Source: Malacoraja senta (taxonomy: Eukaryota). From it: DNA of 64,000 nt. Below the pieces are notes generated by a model. The model saw nothing but the letters and a program-made list of their open reading frames with translations. It was not told the DNA's origin and did no database searches. Position 1 is the first letter of the stretch. Each line of letters opens with the position of its first letter. This document shows positions 48,440 through 61,734 of the stretch, one piece after another. Both the position numbers and the translations under genes were made by a program. The stretch lies in contig CM075988.1 in assembly GCA_038087875.1 (NCBI GenBank), positions 12,588,001 through 12,652,000 on the forward strand, in the 5' to 3' direction.

Positions 48440-48673
48440 AGGGCCTGTCCCACTTGGGCGTCATTTGCGCGTAATTTACGCGTCATCATTTACGCATCAC
48501 AACGCACGACGCACGCGTTGTGCCGCGCACGTGATGCGCGCATGGAGCGCATTACGCACGCATGGTGCGTGGTGACATAGGCAGAAACGTGCGGTCCCAG
48601 GATTTTGGGTTATACAAAATCTTTGCGCGCCATCTGCGTGATGCGCAAATGACGCCCAAGTGGGACAGGCCCT
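48440..48673. mobile_element. Short PIF/Harbinger-type MITE inserted in a CR1 3' end
   Basis: 31-bp TIR AGGGCCTGTCCCACTTGGGCGTCATTTGCGC; flanks ATA / TTA; host CR1 tail (~48333-48692, minus) continues on both sides. Confidence 0.9.
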
Positions 48674-49351
48674 TTACCAATAAAGAATCTGTATTTTACT
48701 CAAAAATCTTACTGTTTGACAACCAAAATTTTGGATTTTTACAATATATGTATTTTCAATGAACAGAAGATTCAAACACATTTGTCCTGCATTTTCTTTC
48801 TGATCAGTCTCACGTCTTTTTTTTTGCTATTCGTTGCCTGAGCTTTGATTATGATATTTTTCACCCACAATTCAAAAGATATGAAGCTTCTAAGTACCAC
48901 AAGCAAAGAGATGACCTTGTACTTCAGTACCAGTTGGATTTCAGTGTTAATTTTAACCATTCTCTGAGCACATTTTCAATAAGTTTTTTTAATGTTAAGT
49001 CATTGGCTTTCCTATTGTGTTTATTGAAAACCACAGTGTTTAAATGTAATGCCGCATAGCACCCACTGCATTAGAGAAAATAATAGTTTTATTGAAATGA
49101 TACCAGATATGAGAGACTTCAGTAACTTGATTGGAAAAACTGAGAGTGTTCACCTTGAAGCAGAATTTGTTAAAGGAGGATTTAATTGGAAAGTTCAAAA
49201 CTGAGGAGCATTTTAATAGTTTACATGATGAAAAAGCTGTTTTCATTGGCATTGATAACCTGGGAATGCAAGTTGAGGTAATTGGCTAAACGCCTTGAGG
49301 GAAACTGCAGAGTTATATTCCCCATATAAATTTGATTGAGTCAGAATTTAT

Positions 49352-49625
49352 AGAGCTATGATGCCTGGTGACAGGCCCTTCGGCCCAACTCGTATCTATT
49401 GACCAAGTCTCCTAATTAAGCCTGTCCCACTTGCCTGCATCTGGTCCATCTCCCTCCAAACCTTTCTTATCCATATACTTTGTCTTTTAAATGTCATAAT
49501 TGTAGCTGCCACTACCACTTCGTCTGGCAGCTTGTTACATATATGTACCACCATCTTTGTGAAAAATATTGACACTTGGATTATTTTTAAATCTTTCTTC
49601 TCTCACCTTAAAACAATGCCCTATC
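49352..49625 (-). mobile_element. CR1 3' fragment
   Basis: ACAGGCCCTTCGGCCCAAC tail; reverse complement of the 17846-18153 type. Confidence 0.75.
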
Positions 49626-51469
49626 GTTTAGGAATTTTTGCATGTTTTATTTTGTCTATATTTTTTCCTGAGTAAAGTTTTTTTTAAATAAAAAAATCAC
49701 ATTACCTCACTGCTTGATAAATGGCAGTTGTAGAATTAGAAGTACCTTGAAGATTATATTATAATGGGGAAAATATGCAGGGAAACTGGGTAAGAATATG
49801 ACAGTGGGAGTATTTCATTAGCTTCTTCAAGGAATATGAGCAAGATGCGCAAATAGCTATTTTTACACTGAGTTTTCATTATTCAATGATAAAGGGGGAA
49901 TTGTATACATAGTTGTCATTCTTTCTTTAGATCAAAAAGCAATTCTTTCAGAAAGGTTTAAGGTCATCAAGTATTTTTCTTTCTATTGTTTTTAATTGGA
50001 TGCTAATTGCCATCACCAGAGAGTTTTTTTTAATTCTACTTGGGAGTTGCTTCTAATTATGGCTTCATCACCTGTTTCACGAGTCTCTTTGAAAGCACCT
50101 TTTAAAAAATGCTGTGTAACTCAATGTTTGTTTGTTTTACTCAACTTTGGAAAATTAAGTTAATCTGTTACAAACTAGTTGGATAGAAAATGGTACCACA
50201 TAAATGTTGATAGTCTCGACTCATGTTATCGTAATGAGTGTTCAGTGGATTGCTAATCCCAAATGCTGTTTGGTAGGGTGGGAGGATTAGTAAACAATTT
50301 CTTATCTCGCATGTCTCATGTGACAAAATAGTTTTAATGTTAATAATATGGCAACAGGGTGTACGTGGACCAAAAAGAGAAAGGCCCAAATATTTTCGTA
50401 AGGCATCTTTTCCCAATAAATTCTGGAACATTGTTCAAAGGAGATGTGTGCTGCTACTTATTTAACAGAGGGTGGTGAGTGCCGAGATCGCGCTGCCAGG
50501 GTTGGTTTAAGTGACTTTGGAATAGGCGTATGGGGATGCCGGGAAGGGAGTGATGTAGATTATGCAGGTAGATCAGAGATGGGGCAGATGTGGCAAAATT
50601 TGAAGAAGGGTTCCGACCTGATTTGTCACCTACTTATTTTCTCCAGAGATGCTATCTGACCCACTGACTTACTCCAGCATTTTGTGTCTATTCCCGATAG
50701 TCTTGGCTTCATGTTTGCAATAGACATTGTGGGCCGGAGGACCTATTCTTGTGCTGTAATGTTCTTTTTCACTGCCTGATAAGATGGCAGTTGCAGAATT
50801 AGAAGTAATTTCTAAGTTTTAGAAGTTAGAAGTTCTAAGATATTTGAACTTCTAGATATTATTATTGCACATCAATAATGTTCTCATATTTGTGAGTGAT
50901 TTTGCTTGTTTTACTCTTTAGTTTTGCATTTGTTTGACTGAGTTGCCATTGCATGGATGCAAGTACTGGCATGTTGTTGATGTTGGATTTTGCATGGTTC
51001 CAACAAACCCTTATTTGCAATTAATTACAAAGGTTTTTAATGAATCAAAAAACATGCCAACTATTTTTTTTCTATCAGCTCTGCTTGAATTTACAAAGTA
51101 ATGAGCAAATGGGATAGAAAAAAACCTTTGGATTTTAGGAGCTTCAGTAATAGGTTTACGTAGTATTAACATTTACAGAGTGTGTCATCCTAATCGTCAC
51201 CCAGCCATATAATCAATGAGCCAGAAATGCGGGTCGTTTTTGCATTTGAGTTTGGATTATGTCGGTGCTGCTTTAATGGATACAAAATAAATGTTTTTAA
51301 TCTCCATGTAGTCAAGTGAGTCAATAAAACACTTAATCTGTACCAATATTATAAAAAGCCAAAATCATTTTTATATAGTTACCTTTTTTTTTTCCATGGC
51401 CTGACCCTTAAAACAAATATTTTTTAGTAGTAAATGATACAATTTTCTTTTCAGTCTCATAGAGTCATT

Positions 51470-52425
51470 GACGATAAGTGTCAGACAGCATGGAAACAGG
51501 CCCTTTTGACCAACGTTCATCTTATATGAGTAGAATTGGGCCATTCAGCTCATCGAGTCTACACCACCAATCAATCATGGCTGATCTATCCTTCCCTCTC
51601 AACCCCATTCTTCTGCGTTCTCCCCATAACCTTTTACACCTTTACTAATCAAGAAGTTTACGCCGACCAAGATGTCCCCCCAAGCTAGTCCCATTTGTCA
51701 TATCCCTCTCGTCTATTTCTAAGGTAGACACAAAATGCTGGAGTAACTCAACGGGCCAGGCAGCATCTCTGGAGAGAAGGAATGGGTGACGTTTTGGGTG
51801 GAGACCCTCCTTCCCACTGAAAAAATTCAGCAACATCCTCTCTCACTGTGATTCATCCTTCCCTCTGACTATTTCTATCCATCTATCTGATCAAATGTCT
51901 TTTAAATTATGTTGTTATATCTCCCTCAACTATTTCCTCTGGCAGTTCAATTCATATGCCTACTACTGTCTGAGTGAAACATTTGCTTTCATGTTCCTAT
52001 TAATATTTCCCCTCTCACATTATACCTAAGCCCTCCAATTCTAGATTCCCCTGTCCTGGGAAAATGACTAGATGCATTCACCCTGTCTATTCCCCTCATG
52101 ATTTTATACACCTCTATAAGATCACCCCTTGGTCTCCTGCATTTCAAAGAATTCCAAGGAAATCCTAGTCTGTCCAATCTCTCTTTGTAGCTCAGGCAAT
52201 GTGTCCTGGCAACATCCTTGTAAATCTTCTCTGCACTCTTTCCAGCTTGATAATACCTTTTCTGGTATAAGAAGAGCAGGGTGATTAAAACTGAATGCAT
52301 ATTCAAAGTGTGGCTTCACCAATGTCTTACACAACTATAACATAATGTTCCAACTTCTGTACTCAATTCCTGACTAGTGAAGGCCACCCTGCCAAAAATC
52401 CCTCTTCACCACTCTGTGTACCTGC
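51470..52425 (-). mobile_element. CR1 3' fragment with nested CR1 tail and Penelope module
   Basis: KTLVKPHFEY, LSYKERLDRLG...RRPRGDLIEVYKIMRGIDRV; Penelope module at 51722-51820. Confidence 0.85.
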
Positions 52426-53681
52426 AATCCGCGAGGCACACCGTAAGTTAGGAAACAGGCAGTGGAGTTTTGGTTGACCTTAAGTTTGCAGAACATGGAT
52501 AGTGGATACAAATGTTTTGGAATAGTTGTGTTTAGAGGGAACAAAGTCATGAAATTAAATTAATGAAGTGCTTTTCCTGCAATGACCCCTAGCTCAGAGT
52601 TTCACAAAGGCAAAGGATAGTTATTTTAACAGTCTGAAGAAGGGACCGACCCAAAACGTCGCTATATTCTGTTCTGTTCTGTTTATATTTCTACAAATAT
52701 TTCATTGCCGAACCAAAGGAAGCATCGAGAACAAATTGGTAAAATTTATTCAGCGACTGTGCTGTTGAATGCAATAACCGAGCACCTTTTATCCGCAATA
52801 TCAACAAAAAGTACTTTTGAGACAAGTGTAACTCTTGTAAAACTGCATTTACAACAGTGGTGATGTTTTTTATACAAAGTTTTCCACTGTAACCAGCAGA
52901 AGGTAAGCAGTAGCATTTGACCTGACTTTTAGTGCCATCGTTTGTAAGTCAGCAAAGTGTAACTTCTACACCAAACATAACATCAAAATGCAATCCTAAA
53001 TACAGTTCCTGTGTTGTGTCATTTTATTGCTGAGCCGTTTGTCCTGCAGTAATTGTGCCCATTAGATTCACCTACATTAATTTTACCTTTGCTCTCTTCT
53101 ATTCTGAACCCATATCCATGAACGAAAAAGGTCCTTGACCCGAGAAATGTCCACTGGTTGCAAGCCCTTGTCAACAAAATAGTTTCATTCTCTTTCTGAT
53201 TTGAGAGCACCATTGTTAGGTCAGATGGGAACTGTCAGTGTTTGGTCTATTAAATGACCACAATTCTGGGACTTCCAGACAATTGGTCATCATGCCCAAT
53301 AACGGCAAACACTACATCTGCCATACTCCATCTGGAGACCAGAGAGCTCCTCTCACCCACAATCCATTTGTTTACATCTATTCTCCTGGACCTTATGTTA
53401 GGTTTAACAGGATCAGAGACCACAATGGGCACTGGAGGGCAGCAGATTAGGTGACAAAGGGAAAGGAAGTTCATCTTTCAAAGATGGACACAAAACACTG
53501 GAGTAACTCAGTGGGTTAGGCAACATCTCTGGAGAAAATGGGTAGATGAAAATGGACCTGAGGTCCTTCAGACCTGAAGAATTGGCCTGACCCGAAACAT
53601 CACCTATCTCCAGAGATTTTATCCAGGGATGCTGCCTTTTCAACTATGGACGCTTACATATTGTGAATGAATCAATTAAAA

Positions 53682-53933
53682 GTTTAGTTTAGTTTAGCGA
53701 TACAGCACGGAAACAGGCCCTTCGGCCCACCAGTCCTACGCACTAAGGACAATTTACAAATTTTACCAAAGCCAATTAACCTACAAAACTTGCACGTCTT
53801 TGAAGTGGGGGAGGAAACTGGCGCACCCTGAGAAAGCCCACAAGGAGAACGTACAAACACCCTTGGTCTGGATCAAACCCGGGTCACTGGCCCTTTAAGG
53901 CAGCAATTCTACCGCTTAACCACTCTGCCGTCC
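53682..53933 (-). mobile_element. V-SINE
   Basis: (GTTTA)n tail, GGAAACAGGCCCTTCGGCCC, CCAATTAACCTAC. Confidence 0.8.
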
Positions 53934-55474
53934 TTGCGACGAGAGTTTTTCTCATTAAAAAGGTCAACGGCTTGTAGTGATTTTTTAGTCATAACCTCAT
54001 CTATCTCCTGAATGCTAGCCTGCTCTTCCGTGGGCACGAGCATTTATAGTGACAGAGAGAATGTTGGCATCTTTCTGTCGATGCTTATCTCATTAAAGTG
54101 AGGATGTCTAGGTATAGAGGGTGATCAGTCCAGAAACCTATTTAGATATAGGCAATAAAAATGAACATTGCTCTTGGTATATTGGATCTGTTTACAGATC
54201 ACGGTGTTCACCTTACTAAGGTAAAATTTGGATTGCGAGTGGCAGAGTGAGTTCTCTCCGGAACTTCAAGGAAGCCTTATTAAGACCTAATAATGGCTGC
54301 CTGTTTTCATTAATTCCCTGAGAACCATACTGATTTGCAAAAAGTCAATAGAACAAATCTCACCGACTGCACTTTCAATTACTCAGTCCCAGCAATTCTG
54401 CTGAGGACAAACATCATAAAACAGAACAGGTTTAGGCTGCTTTAAGTGGATTTATTCACTAAGTCTGTGAACTGATTGTCTCATCCTCTTTCATTCAAGT
54501 TGAAGACTGCTGACAGTCACCACTAATCCTCAGGAGTTAATGGTTTACAGGATTGCCAATTCAAGAGAAATTAAAAGTAGAGTTAGGTTTCCAACTGCGA
54601 TGCCAGCAATACGTGATCATGTTTTGAATAATTTTCCACACTTTGATTTCCAATCATTTTCCTCGTCAATAATCTCCTTCTCTATCCTCTTTATCCCCCC
54701 CCTCCCCCCCCCTCTTTAACTTGATAAATTTTCCCACCCGAAACATTTCTTCAGCTACCTTCCCTCATGCCATCTCAGGCTCTACCCCAACTGGCACAAG
54801 TGTGCTCCTTTCCTCTGTGTTACCTTTGGTAAATCTGCTCTCGCCCAATCCAGTACCCTTCCTGGCCGACTTAAAACAAACTAGCAATCCACTCATATCA
54901 CCCAATGATTTGTTCTTGTTTTCCCAGTCTTTTCCTCAGCACAGGTGATTAAGCAGTTGTTGACAAACTTCATATAACTGCCCAAAGTGATTTCCCACTT
55001 GTTCACAGCTCAGAAACACATGGATTGCCCTGGTGCTGACAGGAACCTGGTTCATGAATGATTATTTTTCATTGTTATGGCCACCCTGTTCGTTTGGATC
55101 CAATCATTGCTGCCTTAATTTAACCCCTTTGATAAGTCCTGCAGATTCTCCTGTCAATTCCCTTCCTTTGATCCAATCATCTTGTTTTATATCGCTTCAA
55201 CCTCACTCAAAATTTATGACCAAGTAAATGCATATCCTGATTAATTTCACTAGTATCCTTCTCGATGCCTGCACTTGCCCTCCATTATACACTTGCACAG
55301 CAGGGAAGCAGGTCATTCAGCCCACTGTGTGTGCACCAACCAATAATACTATACTGGCTCAATTTTGTTTATCCTGCTGACATTCCATCAACCCCCCCCC
55401 CTACCCCCACCCAGGTTCTGTCGCCAGACGTGAATCTCAGAGAAATTCTTAGTGACTAATTAACCAACTTCTAA

Positions 55475-55678
55475 CTTTTTTTGCACAAAGGATGGCAGGT
55501 GCATGGAACGAGCTGCCGGAGGAGGTGATTGAGGCAGGTACTATCACAACATTTAGACAGATACATGGGCAGGATAAGTTTAGAGGATTTGGGCCAAACG
55601 CAGACAAATGGGATTAGTGTAGACATGTTCGGCTGAGGCCTGTTTCCACGCTATATGGCTCTCTGACTATGACAATGA
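55475..55678 (+). mobile_element. CR1 3' fragment
   Basis: WNELPEEVIEAGTITTF-coding segment and tail. Confidence 0.8.
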
Positions 55679-56332
55679 CTCTTCTACTCATTCATCTTTA
55701 GCAGGTGGGAAGAAACCAGAGTTTCTGGGGTCACCAAATAGTTGCTGGGAAGCAAATTCAACACAGACAGCGCCAGGGGTCAAGATTGAACCCAGTTTGC
55801 TGGAGGCTGTGAGGCAGCAACCCTACCAGCGACATCACTGTGGAGTATTTATGTCCCACTCATAAACACTTCCTCAAACCATTTGCTTTTCCATGTCTCA
55901 CTTCCATATGTACATGTTGCTCAAGCACAATACCAGGTATTCAACTACCCATCTGGATATTCTAGCCTGTTGGCATTAGAAGAGTCATAAATCTTACAAA
56001 AGTGAAACAGGCCCTTCAGACCCACATGTCCATACTCTAATCCTCGTCCATCTACACTACTCCTGTAACCCAGTCATTAATTTTCCTGCCACATCCCCTT
56101 CCTGTTCATAACGTTTACCAATGATCTAATGATGTTGATCCACTTCAACCTAGACAGATGTCTTTTCTTGCCCACAGTATACACAAATGCATCAAAGCTG
56201 TGAACAATGCTCTCTGTATTTTGTGACATATCACTCTCATTCTTGCCCTCATCAACCTCTCTGCTGGATGTGTGAGAGGTGTCTATGTCAACCTACACCC
56301 ATTGGCTTTCAAGTGTCACCAATAGCTCAAGT

Positions 56333-56458
56333 TGGGGAGAAAGCAGGAACGCGGGACTGATTTTGGATGATCAGCCACGATCATATTGAATGGCGCTGCT
56401 GACTCGAGGGGCCAAATGACCGACTCCTGCACCTATTTTCCATGTTTCCATGTTTCTA
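56333..56458 (+). mobile_element. CR1 3' end
   Basis: GGGGAGAAAGCAGGAAC...GATGATCAGCCA...(TTTCCATG)n tail. Confidence 0.8.
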
Positions 56459-56539
56459 AATGGCAGCTGTTGTGTCAAAACATTCTGAGTTTTGAGACAT
56501 GAGGCCAACAGGTTATGCAGATGAAAATAGTACGACACA

Positions 56540-56668
56540 GGTGGATGTATTGCCTTTGAGACACGGTGTATAAACACCACAGTGTCTGTACTCTTCGGTC
56601 GATGTGAAAGATCCCATGACAATACTGTGAAGAGAAATATTCCATTGTCCTGCAAACATTTAACCTAA
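56540..56668 (+). mobile_element. Deu-domain SINE fragment
   Basis: GATGTGAAAGATCCCATGACA...GAAGAG...TGTCCTG resembles the Deu-domain core. Confidence 0.5.
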
Positions 56669-57914
56669 TTTAGTTGGTCTAATGAATTCAGGGTTAAGCC
56701 ATTGTCATAGGTAAATACGTTTTTGCAATATTTCAACGGTTAGCACCTCCACAAAAGCTATCTAGCTGAAACATACAAGATTTCATGAACCAATTTTCTT
56801 ATTAATTAATCTGAACATCAGAATATTATTCTTTGAATGAAAATTATGTTTGTTTTAATTTTTATTTTATTATTTCTTAGGCATTGCATTCAAAAGGGCT
56901 GTACTTTTTTCTTAGTCATTAAAATATGTAAAATGCCAACCAATTTCATTTTCCACTCTGCATATATTACTCACACTTATTAGGCTTGCCTTTAATGAAA
57001 TCCATGCTGATGAAACCAAGCAATAGACTTTCTTTGGAAATTAGTACCTTAAAGGTGCTGTTGGTATTACCTTCAAAATTCATGCCACAAAACAGCAGAA
57101 TCTGCTGTAATTACTGTAATTTATAATATTTGATACTTAAACCTATTATTTGATAATTTATCTGTGCCTTATCATGAGATCAGTGAGATAGGCTTTATAT
57201 TTCCACATACTTTTGAAAAAAAAAGTGCATTATTACAGGTTAAGTTATATTTTATTCCTCAAGTGAAATATGTGCATCATTTTTGGAATATTATCCAGCT
57301 GCTGTCAAATGTATTAATCTGCACAATGATGAAGTAAACAAAATAATTGGAATGAAACTCAAGGATCTGCAACCACTGAAGACTGAAATAAAATGCTGGA
57401 CGCACTCAGCAAGTCAGACAACATGCAAGGAAAGAGAATCAGAATCACTGAATCAACGCAAAGACCCATTGTATGCGGAAGTGTATTTGACTTGAAACAT
57501 TACCTCTGTTTCTCTTTCAACATAACTTGAAAGTTAGGATTGATTCCATATTGCAAGCAGATAGACACACCACAGCTAACAGATTAAACCCACCTACAAA
57601 TGTCTTCTATTAAAACCAGAAGCAGGATCTGCCCTTATGAATTGGTTCAATTGGTGTGAGTATTAGTGATAATGTGTCTGCTTTGCAGAAGCAGTTCCCA
57701 TAATAGATAGAGATATAAACATTTATAATTGAGATAAGACTGAATTTTGCAAAGAAAATACAGATGATATTATTGAATATCTTCTTGTAAACATTGTGGT
57801 CATGACATGTAACATGAACTCAGCAGAAGGGAGAATGTTGATGGGCACAAGTGGCCATTGGGCCACTGACCACTTATGCCTACCGCACCATCCTTTCTCC
57901 ATGTCTCCAGTAAT

Positions 57915-58400
57915 CAATGGTATATTGGCCTTTATAGCAAGGGTTATTTGAATGCAAGAAACATATATTATTCCAATTATATGGAGGCCTGGTGAGATTG
58001 CCTCTGGAATATTATGTTCAGGCAGAGTCTCCTTACCTCCTTGAAGATGTGGAAGTGGAAGAAATTCACCAAATTAATGGAAGAGATAGGAAGAGATATT
58101 ATGGCTTGTACTCTTTTTTGTATTCAAGAGAGAGTTAGATAGAGCTCTTAGGGCTAACAGAATCAAGGGATATGGGGAGAAAGCAGGAACGGGGTACTGA
58201 TTTTGGATGATCAGCCATGATCATATTGAATGGCGGTGCTGGCTCGAAGGGCCAAATGGCCTACCCCTTCACCTATTTTCTATGTTTCTCTTTGGAAGTG
58301 ATCTTATTAAAACATACAAACTAATTTATGGAGCTGACAGGAGAAATTCAAAGTTGATGTTTCCCCTGGCTGGGGTGCCTAAAATAAATGGTGAGACAGA
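57915..58400 (+). mobile_element. Nested CR1 fragments
   Basis: Old CR1 body with a younger CR1 3' end (58120-58290) inserted. Confidence 0.7.
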
Positions 58401-58941
58401 GTTATAGAGTCACATCCCATGGAGACAGGCCCTTCAGCTCACCAGGTCCATACCCATTCTACACTCTTCCCATTTACCCACATTAAGTCCTTTGCCTTTC
58501 ATGGCTTGGTGATTCAAGTTTTTAGGTCAAAACCGAGAAGAAATGTCTCCATCCAGAGTTTGGTGAATGAACAGTGTTCTCCAGCCATTGAGACCTGTGA
58601 AGATTAAATTGCTGAGTAAAGTCTAGAGAGAGGTTGATATAATTTTAGATATTAAGGTAAATAATTAATGTTGGGATCGTGAAGGGAAGTGGCAATGTAT
58701 TCAGCCATGATTTTATTGTTGGCTAAGGAGATGCAAAGAACCAAGTGGCCCACGTATAGCATGTAGGGGTCAAAGGGTGATGTGCCATGGAAATAGACCA
58801 TTTGGCCCATCACATCCACACTGACCTCTGGACACCCATTCATTTTAATCGATCTTCCACCCCTTGTCCTGTAGCCTTCAATGCCTACAAGATTCAAATG
58901 CTCACATGGACACTTCAGCAGAAACAAATTATGAGTTTCTT

Positions 58942-59222
58942 TACTTTAGAGATACAGCGCAGAAACAGGTCCTTCAGCCCACCGACTCCACGCTGACCAG
59001 CGATCACCCCATACACTAGCGCTATCTGACACCCTAGGGACAATTTACATTTTTTTACCAAAGTCAATTAACCTACAAACCTGTTTGTCTTTGGACCACC
59101 CGGAGAAAACCCAGCTAGTCACGGGGACAATGAACAAACTCCGTGCAGACAGCACCCGTAGTCAGGATCGAACCCGGGTCTCTGGCGCTGTTAGGCAGCA
59201 AATCTACTGCTGCGGCACTGTT
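58942..59222 (-). mobile_element. V-SINE
   Basis: GGATCGAACCCGGGTCTCTGGCGCTG head complement; tail AGAGATACAGCG. Confidence 0.85.
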
Positions 59223-59509
59223 CTAACCACTTTTCTGCTTTAACCCTGTATCCCTTCATTTTCTTAAGATCAAAGAGCCCATCAGTCCAGGGACCGAGTG
59301 TGGGGTCAGATAGATGATCATCTGACCTCCAGTGCATTCCTCACTTCCATACTTCATCGCACAAGCACAGGTCTAGGACCTGCTGGTGTTCACATTGCAA
59401 CTCACAATTTTTATATTTTCTGCAGTCGGCAACCTGCCAACTGTGCAATCCAGCTGAATACTTCAGGTCGATGGTCTCTCATCAGAAGACTGAATTTTCA
59501 ATGATATCT

Positions 59510-59891
59510 CTATTGCATCTTCAAACTTCCTCAAAGCAAATTAATTACTTCATGTTAAAATCTTGTTTTCAGACAACACTGCGGCCAATTTGTGGATAAC
59601 TAAGGATGATGACACCAAGCAACCAATGAATCAGTCGGTTCCTGGGCTGGCGGTAGAGAAAGAAATGATGCCCTGGAGTTGGGACAAAACTCTCCTGCTG
59701 TTCGCTGAGTGACTTGATGACTAAAAAGATGTTTTGTTTACAGTTTCAATAGAAAGGTAGCAAACATCTCAAGGTAAATCATTCCTGAGCACTGCAGTGA
59801 GTTGTCAATGTTGGGTGATGTGTTCACACCCTGGACTGGAACTGAACACTGATTAATAGGCAAGACTGTGACCAAATGTGTCACACTGACA
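59510..59891 (-). mobile_element. Degraded Deu-domain SINE
   Basis: GCGGCCAATTTG, AACTCTCCTGCT, CACTGCAGTGAG.TGTCA and terminal CTGACA in the order expected for the reverse strand. Confidence 0.45.
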
Positions 59892-60564
59892 TAATGAATA
59901 TACATTGGAATTCAATGCAGACTGCCTTGGTAATCTCTCCATCATGTCAGCCTTGCAGTTAGCTAAGAGACCTGTGTGTCCCAAACCTCTTCAACATCTT
60001 TGAACAGGGAGTATGACGATGCAATAGAGATATCATTGAAAACTCAGTCTTCTGATGAGAGATCATTGTGTGCATATTTATTTTCTCACTAACCACGATT
60101 TCACTTACCAGTCCGCATTGTTTCTTCCTTTAATTCAATTTTCTTGACTGTTACCGGTTCATAGCACCAGGCAGTGCATTGGAGACAATTTCTGTTTATT
60201 TTTCTCTGAGACGTGTTTGTTGCATTGATTTATCATTCATGGCTATGGACTGTTTTATTCTGGATATTTCTGGCATGAATTGCTTGGTGTTTACTTTTGG
60301 TTCCGTTTATGAGGTCCATGAGGTTAGTTTTTAATTAGCCGAATCAAGCTGGCAATTGTATGTGTTTGCATAAGACTTGGCAAAGTATTTAGAGCCATTC
60401 ATTTCAGTTGGGATTCAGGCTCAACAAATTAAATACGTGAAGGTAAAATTAGGTTGGTTACTTTATTCCATCTTTTTTTCCAGCTGTGTTATAATTATTA
60501 ACTGGAAGATTTCTAACGGCAGCTGTTGGATTGGTTGAGTCTGTGTTCCTAAAGAGAGAGGCTG

Positions 60565-60767
60565 GTGTTTGGAATGAGCTGCCAAGGGAGGGAGGTGAGG
60601 CCGGTACAATGACAACATTTAAAAGATATTTGGGCAGGTGCATAGATAGGAAAGGTTTAGAGGGGTATGGGCCAAAAGGGGGAAGGTGGGACTAGCGTTG
60701 ATGGGGCACCTTGGTTGGCAGGGGCATGTTCGGTCGAAGGGCCTGTTACTGCGCTGTACAACTCTAT
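60565..60767 (+). mobile_element. CR1 3' fragment
   Basis: WNELPREGGEAGTMTTFKRYLGR-coding segment; GAAGGGCCTGTT tail. Confidence 0.8.
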
Positions 60768-61029
60768 TTTTTATTTTTTATAATAACTTCATTAGTTATC
60801 AAAGATCCAAAACTGCATCAAACCCTTGGCTGTTTTGACTGGATATAAGGCTCCATCCATTCCTATCCCCTGTCCATGAGCTCAGGCTGTACTGGCGGCA
60901 CCTTGAGGTTTCAGCAGCACACATGCTGCAACCACAGGCAAAGATATCTCAGCTCACCAGCCCCCACAAAGACCTTAACGACACACTGCCCTCACAAGAA
61001 CTGGCAGAGCAATGACTCTGCCAAGCTAG

Positions 61030-61560
61030 TTGGCTGGTGGGTGAAATATGTGTGTGGTATGTTGATGGAACAAGGAGGGGAAGGGGTGGAAATGGGTGTG
61101 GGGTGGCTGAATGGTGGCTCTTTGAAAGGGGAAAAATTGGAGGATCGGAGATGGGTCGGAAGAGAGAGTGAGGAGTGGGGGCGATGGGGTACACAGGAGG
61201 TAAGGGTTACCTAACATTGCAAAATTCAATCTTCATGCCCCTGGGCAGTAGACATCCCAAGAGGTTTATGAGGTATTGTTCCTCTAGTTCGTGATGGACC
61301 TCACCGTGGCAGTGGAGAAGTCTGAGGGCAAGCAGGTCAGTGTGGGAAAAGGAAGGGAAGTTGAAATGGCATGTAACTGAGAGCTCAAGATGGCTATTAC
61401 AGATAGAGCACAGAAGCTTTGCAAATGTGTCGCCTTGTCTCAGCTTGGTCTCACTGATGTAAAGGAGGCTATCACAGGAGCACTAAATACAGTCGACAAG
61501 GTTGGAGCAGGTGCACCTGAGCCTTTGCCACACCTGGAAGGACTATTTAGGTGGTGGTGA
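61030..61560 (-). mobile_element. Penelope-like fragment with GIY-YIG remnant
   Basis: Minus strand CSCDSLLYISET (~61447-61483); colinear with 35150-35510. Confidence 0.7.
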
Positions 61561-61734
61561 GATGATAGTGAGAGGAGATCTGACAAAACATGACATATGC
61601 TAATTGCCTGGTTCAATGCTGATGGTGTACAGTGGACTCGACAACAATGCCTTCTGCATAAGACGATGAATCGAGACCTCGTATGTTCTCTCAAGTAAAC
61701 GTAAAAGTATAAACAAATCCAATCTTTTTTTAAA

